A stretch of 64,000 nt of DNA from Nitrospira japonica (GTDB lineage: Bacteria > Nitrospirota > Thermodesulfovibrionia > Thermodesulfovibrionales > SM23-35). The stretch covers positions 1 through 64,000 of the forward strand of contig DYFC01000032.1 of the NCBI GenBank assembly GCA_020725385.1, given 5' to 3'. Positions within the stretch are counted from its first letter, which is position 1. The number at the start of each line of letters is the position of its first letter. Of the stretch, positions 11,563 through 21,951 are shown in pieces. Made by a program: the position numbers and the translations under genes. Below the pieces are notes generated by a model, which made no database searches, had not been told where the DNA came from, and was given only the letters and a program-made list of their open reading frames with translations.

Positions 11563-11829
11563 TTATAGTGAATTAATTCCTTTTATTTCCAAAACCTTGT
11601 TTTTTGACGTCTTGCCGGTCAAAATTATTATAGAACTTTTTTTAATCTTGAATTCATCCGATAAAAACTCAATTAGCTCCTTGTTCGCTGCTCCTTCGAC
11701 AGGAGGTGAATTAAGTTTTATTTTAACTGTATCTCCTATAAAACCGGCAAAGCCTTTTTTTGAGGATTTTGGTTCTATCTTAACCTTTATTATTATTCCG
11801 TTAATGGTTTTCTTATACGGTATTTGCAT
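11563..11829 (-). CDS. DUF167/YggU family protein
   Basis: [15 protein letters not shown]...GKTSKNKVL. Confidence 0.9.
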   Translation of the reverse strand: MQIPYKKTINGIIIKVKIEPKSSKKGFAGFIGDTVKIKLNSPPVEGAANKELIEFLSDEFKIKKSSIIILTGKTSKNKVLEIKGINSL

Positions 11830-12051
11830 ATGATAATGTTACCACAACAGAGAAATCCCTGCATAATATTCAACCCGATTAATGCATTAAAATAATACAA
11901 ATGTTGCAAGGAATTTCATACTTCAATAGCATATTTTGAACAATGGTTCCATTTATGAGAATTAAATAAATTTTTGAGCAATATATATATTATTCGGGTT
12001 AAAATATATTATAAGAAACTTTTAAGTTAAATTAATTCAAAAGGAGGTAAT

Positions 12052-12468
12052 ATGAAGAAACTTGTTTCATTGCTTCTGGTATTGTCTTTACTTGCTATGC
12101 TTGCAGGCTGCACCCAATACCATGCGCAGGGTGCAGGTGCAGGAGCAGTGCTTGGTGGTGTTGCAGGAGCATTGCTTGATCGCAAAAACCCGTGGAGAGG
12201 CGGTGTAATAGGAGCTGCACTCGGCGGTGCAGCAGGAGCAACTTTTGCCGATGTATCGGTAAGAGCCTCCCAGGAAGCAGCCTCAACAGGTAAACCAGTA
12301 GCTTATATGACTGAAGATGGCAGGGGTGTTTATCGTGCAGACCCGATTGATTACAATGCTCAAACAAAATGTCATAAAGTACAGGAAAGGGTCTGGGAAG
12401 ATGGCAGACTTATAAAGGATCAGATAAAAGAGGTCTGCGAGGGAGAAAAATACGAAAAAAGATACTAA
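12052..12468 (+). CDS. Glycine-zipper lipoprotein
   Basis: Lipobox LAGC, GAGAGAVLGGVAGA glycine zipper, AGGAGGT RBS. Confidence 0.85.
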   Translation: MKKLVSLLLVLSLLAMLAGCTQYHAQGAGAGAVLGGVAGALLDRKNPWRGGVIGAALGGAAGATFADVSVRASQEAASTGKPVAYMTEDGRGVYRADPIDYNAQTKCHKVQERVWEDGRLIKDQIKEVCEGEKYEKRY

Positions 12469-12471
12469 TAA

Positions 12472-14433
12472 CTACCGGCCTCGCAGATTTTTTAGAAAAT
12501 CTTCGAGGCCTTTTACTTCTCTGATAGGTTCATAGCATACGTTATGCATGCAGGGGATAACGCTTCCGGTATCTTTCCCATACACAATGCTTTTATACGG
12601 ATAGAAAGTAGCCTTAGCAACCCTCGCAAGCTCACTATTAATATCTGTTTGAATGTCAAGTTTTAGAGTATTGAAATATGCATCAAGAGCACAGTAGTAG
12701 TACGCTGCATTTAATCCGGCTTCTTCTGCCTGAATCGCAAAATACTTAAGTCCATCTTCTGCATATCCAATATATTCTGTTTTGTTAGTTATTGTAAAAA
12801 GTTTTATAAGAATTAATATCCCGAGAGCATTGACAGAAGGGTGAGGAATATCAAGAATGTTTTTCAGTCTCATATTGAGCACATCTGTTTCGGTATCATA
12901 AAATCCTCCATTTTCATGATCCCAGAACTTTTCAATACATAAAAGCATGAGTTTTTCTGCCTGTTCAAGATATTTTTTCGATGCCGTTACTTCATATGCA
13001 TTAATTAATGCTTCAATAAAATAGATATAATCGTCAATGATTCCATTTATATCATATGTATGGTAAATCAGGTTGTCTTTAATAAAAAGGTCTAATGTTT
13101 TCTCTATACTTTTAATGGCAAAATCCTTTAAGTCATCATTCTTTAACACACAGGATGCTTTCAGAAAAGAAGATGCCATCATTCCATTAAGGGATGTGTA
13201 AAATGTTTTGTCAATAAAAGGAGCCGGTCTCCTTCTTCTTGTTTCAAGAAGTTTCTCCATTGCCGAAGACAACAACTTTTTTATCTTATCTAAATCGATT
13301 CCTGTGACAGCCGCTACATTTTCGATCTCAACTGCATTAAACAAGACTCTTCTTGATTTATCATGATGCATACGGCCTTTATCGGATAACATATGCTGGG
13401 ATAGGATTTTATATTCTTCATCTGTAAGTATTTTTTTCAATTCATTATCGGTCCATGTATAATAACTGCCTTCATCATTAGGTGTTATATCTGCATCCTG
13501 GCTCGAATAGAATCCTCCTTCGGGATCTGATAACACTGTCTGCACAAAATTAATAATGCCTCCGGCAGTTTTTCTAAAAAGGTTATTTCCTGAGATGGAA
13601 TATGCCTGAATATAATTTCTGAGAAGCCATGCATTATCATCAGCCATTTTTTCAAAGTGAGGGATAATCCATTCTGCATCGACTGAATAACGGTGGAATC
13701 CGCCACCGATTTGGTCATAGTAGCCGCCTTTGGCCATCTTTTCAAGAGACATCATAACAGATGCTCCAATAGATTGAAACCCGGAAAGAAAATATCTATT
13801 AAGTAAAAATTCAAAAGCACCAGGCATTGGAAATTTCGGTGCAGTACCGAATCCGCCATTGTTAACATCAAAGAAAGACAGCATTTTCAGCACAGCTTCT
13901 TGAATTGTGGATTCTTTTATTTCACCTTTTTCTTGACCGGTATTTTTTAATGAATCAATTAATTTGTTGCTTATTTCAAAAATTTCTGATTTTCTTGTTT
14001 TGTAAATTTCTGAAATAGTTTTAAGAATCTTTTTAAATCCAGGGCGTCCCATATTATCTTCAGCCGGGAAGTAAGTGCCGCCAAAGAAAGGTTTCCTATC
14101 GGAAGTGAGAAAAACGCTTAGCGGCCATCCGCTTCCACCGCCCATTGCCATTATTGCATTCTGATAGCGTCTGTCTATATCGGGTCTTTCGTCCCTATCG
14201 ATTTTAATGCAGATAAATAGAGAATTAAGAAGAGATACTATTTCATCATTTTCAAAGCATTCTTTTGCCATAACATGGCACCAGTGGCACCATGAAGCAC
14301 CGGAGCTTAGAAAGACCGGTTTCCCCTGTTCCTGTGCTGAATCAAAAGCTTCATCACACCAGGGAAACCAGTCTATTTTCTGATATGCTGCATGTCTTAA
14401 ATAAGGTGATTTTTCTCTGTCTAATCTTTTTAT
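12472..14433 (-). CDS. YyaL/DUF255 thioredoxin-domain protein; frame opens at an ATA codon (14433)
   Basis: In-frame extension of the 599-aa ORF gives IKRLDREKSPYLRHAAYQKIDWFPW...WCHWCHVM; body has GGFHRYSVD, PHFEKM. Confidence 0.85.
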   Translation of the reverse strand: MKRLDREKSPYLRHAAYQKIDWFPWCDEAFDSAQEQGKPVFLSSGASWCHWCHVMAKECFENDEIVSLLNSLFICIKIDRDERPDIDRRYQNAIMAMGGGSGWPLSVFLTSDRKPFFGGTYFPAEDNMGRPGFKKILKTISEIYKTRKSEIFEISNKLIDSLKNTGQEKGEIKESTIQEAVLKMLSFFDVNNGGFGTAPKFPMPGAFEFLLNRYFLSGFQSIGASVMMSLEKMAKGGYYDQIGGGFHRYSVDAEWIIPHFEKMADDNAWLLRNYIQAYSISGNNLFRKTAGGIINFVQTVLSDPEGGFYSSQDADITPNDEGSYYTWTDNELKKILTDEEYKILSQHMLSDKGRMHHDKSRRVLFNAVEIENVAAVTGIDLDKIKKLLSSAMEKLLETRRRRPAPFIDKTFYTSLNGMMASSFLKASCVLKNDDLKDFAIKSIEKTLDLFIKDNLIYHTYDINGIIDDYIYFIEALINAYEVTASKKYLEQAEKLMLLCIEKFWDHENGGFYDTETDVLNMRLKNILDIPHPSVNALGILILIKLFTITNKTEYIGYAEDGLKYFAIQAEEAGLNAAYYYCALDAYFNTLKLDIQTDINSELARVAKATFYPYKSIVYGKDTGSVIPCMHNVCYEPIREVKGLEDFLKNLRGR

Positions 14434-15008
14434 TTAAGTCTTCCTTCTACTGCTGACCAATCAATGTTTTTGAAAAAAGCTGAAATATAATCGGGTCTTT
14501 TTAATCCATAATCAATCATGAATGCATGCTCAAAAACATCCATAATCAATAAAGGATTGCATCCGGCAGGATGTGAAACATCATGTTCATTAATCCAGAA
14601 ATTGATTAATCTTCCGTTTGTCATATCCTGATAAAGCACAACCCATCCAATTCCTCTCATTGTGCCTGTTGCTCTGAAATCTTTTTCCCATGCTTCGTAT
14701 GTGCCGAAATTATCCATAATTTTCTTTGCAAGTTTGCTTGATTTATCCAGAGGTGATTTTCCGCCGAGATTCTCGAAATAATACTCATGGAGTCTCATTC
14801 CGTTGAATTCCCAGCCGAGTCTTCTTTTAAGTTCCGCATATTCAGGTGTTGCTGTTTTGTCTTCTTTAAGCATTTGATCCAATAAATCAAGAACCTTATT
14901 AGTATTTGTTACGTATCCCTGATACAAAGTAAAATGATTTTTTAAAAGTGTTTCGCTGAACCCCTCAATACCTATAAGTTTTGAATAATCTTTGGCTGTG
15001 TAAGACAT
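14430..15008 (-). CDS. Fe/Mn superoxide dismutase family protein
   Basis: NHFTLYQGYV, LHEYYF, MDVFEHAF metal-ligand motifs. Confidence 0.92.
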   Translation of the reverse strand: MSYTAKDYSKLIGIEGFSETLLKNHFTLYQGYVTNTNKVLDLLDQMLKEDKTATPEYAELKRRLGWEFNGMRLHEYYFENLGGKSPLDKSSKLAKKIMDNFGTYEAWEKDFRATGTMRGIGWVVLYQDMTNGRLINFWINEHDVSHPAGCNPLLIMDVFEHAFMIDYGLKRPDYISAFFKNIDWSAVEGRLK

Positions 15009-15039
15009 AATAAACCCCCTTTCTTTTTTATTATTATAC

Positions 15040-16779
15040 TTAATCTATATAATCTATTATCCTTTTCCGGCAGGTAGTATAACCTTCTATTTTTTTAATC
15101 AAGGGTATTCTAACCTTTAGAGCGGTTCCTTTGCCAGGCTTTCCTGCTATTTTTAATGTTCCTCCAAGCAAATAAACCCTTTCTCTAATGCCTGTCAAAC
15201 CATAAGATTTTGCGTTTTCAATTTGTTTTTTCGTAATACCTTTACCATTGTCTGCAACTTCAAGTAGTATATTCCCTGATTCTTTTTTCAATGAAATATT
15301 TACCAAAGTTGCATCCGAGTGTCTTATAATATTTGTTAGAGCTTCCTGATAGATTCTAAAAATTGCTGTTGAAATATCCTTATCAATTAATAACTCATCC
15401 GGTGTATTTAATTCGAGATTATATTTAATACCTTTATTCTTGAGGATTTCTTTGGTATGCCATTCAATAGCTGCTGTAAGCCCGAGATGGTCAAGAAGTC
15501 CGGGCCTTAATTCTGTTGAGACTTTTTGAATTGTTTTAATTCCTGATTCAACCATTTCTTTCATCGATTCAATTTTCATTCTTAAAGGTTTATGATTGGC
15601 TCTTATTTTTCTTTCAAGCCATGCTAAATCAATATTTAGAACAGTAAAAAGTTGACCCAGTTCGTCATGCATTTCCCTCGCAATAAATTTTCTTTCCTGT
15701 TCAATAGCAGAATGCAAATATGCAGAAAGACAACGCAGTTGTTCACGTGAATTCTTTAATTCTTTTTCTGCCTGTTTTCTTTCTGTAATATCTTCATAAA
15801 CAAGTACGATTTTGTTATCTTTTGTTTTCCGTTCAATAGCAGAAGCGCTAACCGTACAAATTATATCCCTGCTGTCTTTTCTTCGAAGCAAGAATTCTCC
15901 TGTAAAGATCTTTGATTTATCAATTGCAGAATAAATTAGCCTGCATATTTTCTCATAATCTTTTATGTTCCTGCAAAGTATTTCCGGACTCTGTCCGATA
16001 ACTTCTTCAGGGTCCCAGCCAAAAACTTTTTTCAATCCTTCATTGGCAAAAAATATTTTTTGTCTGGTTAATCCAACGACTGCATGGGGTATTGTCCGGA
16101 GAATTGAGGATTTAAGAGCTTCTGTTTTCTGTAATTGTCTCACGGCTGATTTTCGTTCTGAAATTTCCCGGTCTATAGATTTTATAGTTTCATTTGTTAC
16201 ATCTTTCAGGCTCTCCAAAAGTTCGATACTCGAAGTGCCTGTTACTCTTGCGCTTAGATCGCCCTTTGAGACTTTATGTAAGACATCGAAATATTCTGCA
16301 AGACTTATCGCAAATTCATGTGATTGTTCAACAATTTCTCCGATTTCTTCTGCAGTCAAATTGATCATGTGTTTTAGTCTTGAAATTAAATCAATATCGG
16401 ATTTTTCGGTTATTCTAACGGATGGGTCGCCTGATGAGATCCTTTTAAGAGCTTCGAAAACTTCGGACATCGAGAGAGCAAGTTCCATGCTCATATTCTC
16501 AAGTTCCCTATCCCTTTCATCAACAATTCTCCGATATTCCTTAATTTGCTCATTAAAAATTGCACAGGTTCTTACCATTGCACCTGAATCCATGTTTTTT
16601 ACAAAAACCTCGCAATTAATGCACATTTCAACCTTGTCAATGAATTTCCCCTGAATCTCGTTACGGCAATGCGTACCAGTAAAGAGCCAGCAATTAAGGT
16701 TTTTTGAATGGAAGGCAGGACATTCAAGTTCATTACATTTAAAAACTTCCCAGCATTTAACTTTATTATTAGCCGTCAT
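15040..16779 (-). CDS. PAS sensor histidine kinase (HisKA_3/NarX-UhpB type) with Cys/Trp-rich N-terminal domain; start uncertain (16779 or 16866)
   Basis: ERKFIAREMHDELGQ, QEALTNIIRHS, DNGKG, GLTGIRER; N-terminal CWEVFKC..CP..CW..C..C..C. Confidence 0.9.
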   Translation of the reverse strand: MTANNKVKCWEVFKCNELECPAFHSKNLNCWLFTGTHCRNEIQGKFIDKVEMCINCEVFVKNMDSGAMVRTCAIFNEQIKEYRRIVDERDRELENMSMELALSMSEVFEALKRISSGDPSVRITEKSDIDLISRLKHMINLTAEEIGEIVEQSHEFAISLAEYFDVLHKVSKGDLSARVTGTSSIELLESLKDVTNETIKSIDREISERKSAVRQLQKTEALKSSILRTIPHAVVGLTRQKIFFANEGLKKVFGWDPEEVIGQSPEILCRNIKDYEKICRLIYSAIDKSKIFTGEFLLRRKDSRDIICTVSASAIERKTKDNKIVLVYEDITERKQAEKELKNSREQLRCLSAYLHSAIEQERKFIAREMHDELGQLFTVLNIDLAWLERKIRANHKPLRMKIESMKEMVESGIKTIQKVSTELRPGLLDHLGLTAAIEWHTKEILKNKGIKYNLELNTPDELLIDKDISTAIFRIYQEALTNIIRHSDATLVNISLKKESGNILLEVADNGKGITKKQIENAKSYGLTGIRERVYLLGGTLKIAGKPGKGTALKVRIPLIKKIEGYTTCRKRIIDYID

Positions 16780-16789
16780 CTTTGTTGAA

Positions 16790-17212
16790 TTATTTCCCGC
16801 ATGTTTTTTTTTGGTAAGTTCCATGAATATCAAGACTTGCTCCCTGAAATGCATTAATTCTTTCAACTATGCCTTCAAAAATAATAATATCTCCTATAGA
16901 AATTTCAGAAGTTGCATCCTGTGTTGTAAAAAGAATAACATTATACCCTTTTTCAGGTGTGCTTGCAGGTGTGAGAATTCTTATTCTTGAATTTTCCTTG
17001 CTTCCTGGAAGTATATTGATTACTTTTCCCTCTCCCTTTGCTATTTTTCCGTGAACCTCTTTGAAATATTCCTTGACCTGTGCTTTGTTTACTTTATCCG
17101 GGTCGATATTGATAAGAATTGAATCAACGTCAAGTGTTTTTTCTTCGGCAAATAGATATGAACAAAAAATAACTCCCAGAATTATCCAGCAAATATTTTT
17201 AAAGAAATCCAT
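16790..17212 (-). CDS. Exported hypothetical protein
   Basis: 140 aa with signal peptide; sits between two kinase genes in the same direction. Confidence 0.7.
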   Translation of the reverse strand: MDFFKNICWIILGVIFCSYLFAEEKTLDVDSILINIDPDKVNKAQVKEYFKEVHGKIAKGEGKVINILPGSKENSRIRILTPASTPEKGYNVILFTTQDATSEISIGDIIIFEGIVERINAFQGASLDIHGTYQKKTCGK

Positions 17213-17216
17213 AGCT

Positions 17217-19394
17217 TTATCCTTTTACAAATTTATTCTCAATGAAAGGCAAGGTAAAATAAAAAGTTGAACCTTTACCTTTTTCCGATTCTACCCAGAT
17301 TTTTCCGCCATGACGCTCTACTATGCGCTTACATATGGCAAGACCTATCCCTGTGCCCGGATATTCTGATTTCGTATGCAATCTCTGAAAAATAATGAAT
17401 ATGCGTTCCGCATCTTTTGGATCGATTCCGATTCCATTATCTTTAATAGAAAATAACCATTCACCATCATTTTTTTTCGAAGAAATATGAATATGAGGCT
17501 TCTGATTGCTCTTAAATTTAATAGCATTAGCAATTAAATTCTGAAATAAGCTTCCAAGCTGGGTGGCATCGGCCATAACAACCGGAAGATTATCATATGT
17601 TATATTTGCATCATTTTCCTCGATGGCTGTTTTGAGATTTGCAAGAGCATTTTCAAGAACCGTTGTACAGTCAGTTACTTTGAAAGTCTTTCCCTTTGTG
17701 CCTATCTGTGAATATGCAAGAAGATCTTTTATCAAAGTATCCATTCTACTTATGCCTTCTAAAGTTAAATTAATGAACTCGTCGGCTTTTGCATCGAGTT
17801 TATCTTTATAACGTTTTGCGAGCAATTTTATAAAACCGGCGATTACGCGCAAAGGTTCCTGAAGATCGTGGGATGTAGCATAAGCAAATTGCTGCAAATC
17901 GATATTGGAACGCTTCAATTCTTCATTCAATTTCAAAAGATTTTCTTCTACAACCTTCCGATGGGTAATATCCCTTGAATTTACGACGATTCCTGCAACA
18001 GCAGGGTTATCAAGAAGGTTTTTACCGATAACTTCCAGCACCCGCCATGAACCGTCTTTATGTTTAAATCGCACCTCAAGAGAAAGAGAAATTCCCGGAT
18101 TTTTTATTGAATTCGAAAGTGTATTGACAGCCACTTTAATATCTTCGGGATGAACATAATCAAGGACTTTTTTACCGGTGAGTTCATTTTTACTATAACC
18201 GAGAATTCGTTCGATTGAAGGGCTTTCATACTTTATAGTCCCATCAGCTTCGAGAATTGTTATAATATCGGATGAATTTTCAGTAACAAGCCTGAAATAT
18301 TCTTCACTTCGTTTAACATTCTCTTCAGCTCTTTTGTTGAGAAGGGCTATTGCTGCTATCTCGGAGAAGGCAGTTGCTATTCTTGAATCATCTTCGGAAA
18401 ACCCCGAGGTCTTATTTGCAAGTCCAAGCAAGCCAATGACTTTGTTTTCAATAATCATGGGAGCAAAGAGCACATTGACTATTTTTACATGTCCATCGGG
18501 AAGTAAATGTTTCCATTTGCTCTCGGGAAAATTATTATTGAATATGGTTTTGCAGGTTTTATAAACTTCTTCTCTTAATCCTCTTATAGGCATCCCGGCT
18601 GCTGTTTGTACAGAACAATTCTCCCCTCCGGAATCAATAAAAATAATCTCGTTTTCAAGAGTGTTTTCCTTCAATAAAGCTATATAACCGGAAGATGCTC
18701 CTGTAAGATTTTTACATGCATAAAAAATAGAGCGGGCCGTGCTTTCGAAATCATGATATTTCAAAATCGAACGGGTACTTTCAAGCAACGCAGCAATTTC
18801 TGCCTGTCTATTTCTCGAGAGTTCAAGGGCTTCGATTAATGAATATTCTGTATCCATCAGTTTTGTGACATCTGTAAGTGCTGTTCTGAAGTTTCGACAT
18901 TTTCCATCGGAATCGTTGAAAGGCACACTCTGAAGCTGAAAATAAAACATCTTGCCGTCTTTGCGAATTACCCTGAGTTCACAGGATTGTGGAGACTTTT
19001 TCAAAAAAATATCCCTGCAATGAGAGCTAAAAATTTCTTTGTCATCTTTTTCGATAAATATTGAGAATGGTTTATTTATTAAAAACTCTTTTTTCACCCC
19101 GAGCATATTTGCTCCGGTGAGATTTACATCAAGTATCAATCCATTTTTATCAAAAGTAAAATATCCTAAGGGTGCAAAATCATAAAGATCCCTATATTTG
19201 TTTTTTGACTCTTCAAGCTCTTCTTTCAACTTAAGAAGCTCAAGATTATATTTTTCGAGTTCTTCCTGTTTGGATTCGAGTTCATTGATCAAACGTTCTG
19301 TATCAAGAAATGATAATTCCTGAAGTTTTCTATTCTGGGCTCTTAATTTCTTAATGGATGATTTTCCGCTGCCGATATTTTCTGAAGATTTCAT
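17217..19394 (-). CDS. PAS-GAF-PAS sensor histidine kinase
   Basis: [10 protein letters not shown]-box, [30 protein letters not shown]. Confidence 0.93.
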   Translation of the reverse strand: MKSSENIGSGKSSIKKLRAQNRKLQELSFLDTERLINELESKQEELEKYNLELLKLKEELEESKNKYRDLYDFAPLGYFTFDKNGLILDVNLTGANMLGVKKEFLINKPFSIFIEKDDKEIFSSHCRDIFLKKSPQSCELRVIRKDGKMFYFQLQSVPFNDSDGKCRNFRTALTDVTKLMDTEYSLIEALELSRNRQAEIAALLESTRSILKYHDFESTARSIFYACKNLTGASSGYIALLKENTLENEIIFIDSGGENCSVQTAAGMPIRGLREEVYKTCKTIFNNNFPESKWKHLLPDGHVKIVNVLFAPMIIENKVIGLLGLANKTSGFSEDDSRIATAFSEIAAIALLNKRAEENVKRSEEYFRLVTENSSDIITILEADGTIKYESPSIERILGYSKNELTGKKVLDYVHPEDIKVAVNTLSNSIKNPGISLSLEVRFKHKDGSWRVLEVIGKNLLDNPAVAGIVVNSRDITHRKVVEENLLKLNEELKRSNIDLQQFAYATSHDLQEPLRVIAGFIKLLAKRYKDKLDAKADEFINLTLEGISRMDTLIKDLLAYSQIGTKGKTFKVTDCTTVLENALANLKTAIEENDANITYDNLPVVMADATQLGSLFQNLIANAIKFKSNQKPHIHISSKKNDGEWLFSIKDNGIGIDPKDAERIFIIFQRLHTKSEYPGTGIGLAICKRIVERHGGKIWVESEKGKGSTFYFTLPFIENKFVKG

Positions 19395-19529
19395 TTTATA
19401 AAAATAATTCCTTATAAAAAGATTTCTTAAAGCTCTGTGTCTGCTGAGCCTATATAAATAATTATATTGTTTTAATAAATTGTTAGCAAATCCCTCGTAA
19501 AGCAGAGGACTTCATATTATATATTTAGA

Positions 19530-19650
19530 GTTATACCACGACTTGATCGTGGTGTCCATAAATAATTCTTCCGGATTCTCCGGTCAAGTTTATCTTCTGG
19601 CTTGCTTGTCCGCAATTTGTTTGGCGGAACCAGAGGGCCAGAAAATGACA
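19530..19650. repeat. REP-like palindromic element; near-identical half at 42240-42313
   Basis: GGATTCTCCGGTCAAGT...CTGGCTTGCTTG.CCGC.ATTTGTTTGGCGGAACC..AGGGCCAGA.AAT is shared by both sites. Confidence 0.8.
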
Positions 19651-19770
19651 GGCAGTAAAAATTTATAATTTACCTTATTCGAGCCATAGTTAAGGCTGTA
19701 CTGTTAAATGAACAATTATTTATCACATTAGAAATTGAACAACTATTTATAAATACATTATAGTAGATTT

Positions 19771-21606
19771 ATGTATAAAGAGCGAGATTATGATGTAATT
19801 GTTATTGGAGCCGGTCATGCCGGCTGTGAAGCATCACTTGTATCTGCACGTCTCGGACTATCAACCTGTTTATTTACAATTAATCTTGACACTATAGGGC
19901 AAATGTCCTGCAATCCGGCAATCGGGGGACTTGCCAAGGGACATCTTGTGAGGGAAATAGATGCTCTTGGCGGAGAAATGGCAAAGGTTACAGATAAAGC
20001 AGGTATTCAATTCCGGTTATTGAATTTATCAAAAGGTCCTGCGGTCTGGTCTTTAAGAGCTCAGGCTGATAGAGTTCTATATAAAATCGAGATGCGTAAG
20101 GTTATAGAATCTCAAAAAAATCTCGATGTTAAACAGGCATTGGTCGATAAGATTGTAACAGAAGATGGAAAAGTTAAGGGAATTGTTACTTCACTCGGCA
20201 TTTTTTATGGAGCATATGCTGTAATTGTAACAACCGGAACATTCTTGAAAGGTCTAATACATATAGGACTTGAAAATTTCTCGGCAGGTCGGGCAGGTGA
20301 ATTTCCTTCAATTAAGCTTTCTGAATGTCTTCAGAATCTTGGTTTAAAAATGGGAAGACTCAAGACAGGAACACCCCCGCGTCTTGATGCAAAAACAATA
20401 GACTTTTCAAAAACAGAAACTCAATTTGGTGATGATCCGCCTCCACCTTTTTCACACAGCACCGAAAAAATAACAAATCCACAGCTACCTTGTTATATCA
20501 CATACACAAACAAAGAAACACACAAAATTATTTTATCTAATCTTGATCGCTCACCTTTATATAGCGGGAAAATTAAAGGTACAGGTGCAAGATACTGTCC
20601 CTCGATTGAAGATAAAGTAGTGAAGTTTGCTGAACGGGAGAGACATCAGGTTTTTCTTGAGCCTGAAGGACTCGAAACCAAAGAATATTATGCAAATGGA
20701 ATTCCAACGAGTCTTCCATATGATGTTCAGGTTAAGTTTGTAAGAACGATTCCGGGACTTGAAAAGGCCGAGATTATGAGGCCGGGCTATGCAATTGAAT
20801 ATGATTTTGTTTATCCTTCTCAATTAAAGCACTCACTTGAAACAAAAACAATTCAGGGTTTATTTCTTGCAGGACAAATTAATGGTACTTCTGGCTATGA
20901 AGAGGCTGCTGCTCAAGGGCTTATTGCAGGCATAAATGCTGCACTTAAAATAAAAGGGCAGGAACCATATATACCCGGAAGGCACGAAGCATATATAGGT
21001 GTTCTTATTGATGACCTTATAACAAAAGGAACAAATGAACCTTACAGGATGTTTACTTCAAGGGCTGAATACAGATTATTGTTAAGACATGATAATGCTG
21101 ATTTGCGTCTTATGGATAAAGGATATGCTCTTGGACTTATTGATGAAGAACTATATAAAAAATTCAAAGAAAAAAAGGAACTTATCAATGAAGAATTGAA
21201 TCGCATTAAAAACACAAGGGTTAAGTTAGATGTTTATAAAACAGAAAGTCTCGAACAATTACTAAAAAGACCCGAAAATGGTTATGGAGTTATTGAAAAA
21301 CTGTCTCCATCCGGTAAATCTCTTTCAAATGAAGTAAAAAAACAGGTTGAGATACAGGTTAAATACGAAGGGTATATTAATCAGCAGATGCAGATGGCTG
21401 AAAGACTAAAGAAAATAGAAAATAAAAAGATACCGGAAAATTTTGATTTCACGAAAGTTAGTGGTTTATCCCGTGAGGTTCTTATGAAACTTCTGGAAAT
21501 CAGACCCGGGAATCTCGGACAGGCAAGCAGAATTCCGGGTATTACACCTGCAGCTATTTCGTTACTTCTTATCGCCATAGAGAAATTAAGGAGAGAACAA
21601 AACTGA
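19771..21606 (+). CDS. mnmG: tRNA uridine-5-carboxymethylaminomethyl(34) synthesis enzyme
   Basis: GAGHAGCEA, MSCNPAIGG, RYCPSIEDK, GQINGTSGYEEAAAQG. Confidence 0.98.
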   Translation: MYKERDYDVIVIGAGHAGCEASLVSARLGLSTCLFTINLDTIGQMSCNPAIGGLAKGHLVREIDALGGEMAKVTDKAGIQFRLLNLSKGPAVWSLRAQADRVLYKIEMRKVIESQKNLDVKQALVDKIVTEDGKVKGIVTSLGIFYGAYAVIVTTGTFLKGLIHIGLENFSAGRAGEFPSIKLSECLQNLGLKMGRLKTGTPPRLDAKTIDFSKTETQFGDDPPPPFSHSTEKITNPQLPCYITYTNKETHKIILSNLDRSPLYSGKIKGTGARYCPSIEDKVVKFAERERHQVFLEPEGLETKEYYANGIPTSLPYDVQVKFVRTIPGLEKAEIMRPGYAIEYDFVYPSQLKHSLETKTIQGLFLAGQINGTSGYEEAAAQGLIAGINAALKIKGQEPYIPGRHEAYIGVLIDDLITKGTNEPYRMFTSRAEYRLLLRHDNADLRLMDKGYALGLIDEELYKKFKEKKELINEELNRIKNTRVKLDVYKTESLEQLLKRPENGYGVIEKLSPSGKSLSNEVKKQVEIQVKYEGYINQQMQMAERLKKIENKKIPENFDFTKVSGLSREVLMKLLEIRPGNLGQASRIPGITPAAISLLLIAIEKLRREQN

Positions 21607-21611
21607 AAGGA

Positions 21612-21647
21612 TTCTCATTCTTGAGAATACGTTCTCAGAAATGAGAA
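21612..21647. promoter_or_regulatory. Tandem palindromic activator sites TTCTCA-N4-TGAGAA x2 (putative enhancer-binding-protein UAS)
   Basis: Palindromes at 21612-21627 and 21632-21647, 20 bp apart, upstream of a sigma54 motif. Confidence 0.7.
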
Positions 21648-21720
21648 ACTTTCAAATAATCCCTCTGCAATCAGTCCCGTAATATCCAGATAATAAAAGA
21701 TTTTTGATTTACATTTTTAC

Positions 21721-21736
21721 TGGCATAGCGTTTGCT
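21721..21736 (+). promoter_or_regulatory. Sigma54 (-24/-12) promoter
   Basis: TGGCATAGCGTTTGCT: GG-N10-GC spacing, close to the TGGCAC-N5-TTGC consensus. Confidence 0.75.
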
Positions 21737-21951
21737 TAATTTTATTTCAGGAAATTTCCCGGAAAGCCTCTACATGTAGGGATTCAAATGGAAGGGTTAA
21801 ACCGGTGTCCTCGGTAACCCAGCAGACTGGAAGATCAAGAGTCTGTTTAATACTTCTTAGAATTAAGAAGGATGTGGCGTAATTAAAGAAGTTTTTCACA
21901 CAGAAGTCAGGATGGGAATTAATTTTAAAACTAAAAAGGAGAAAAGAAGAA

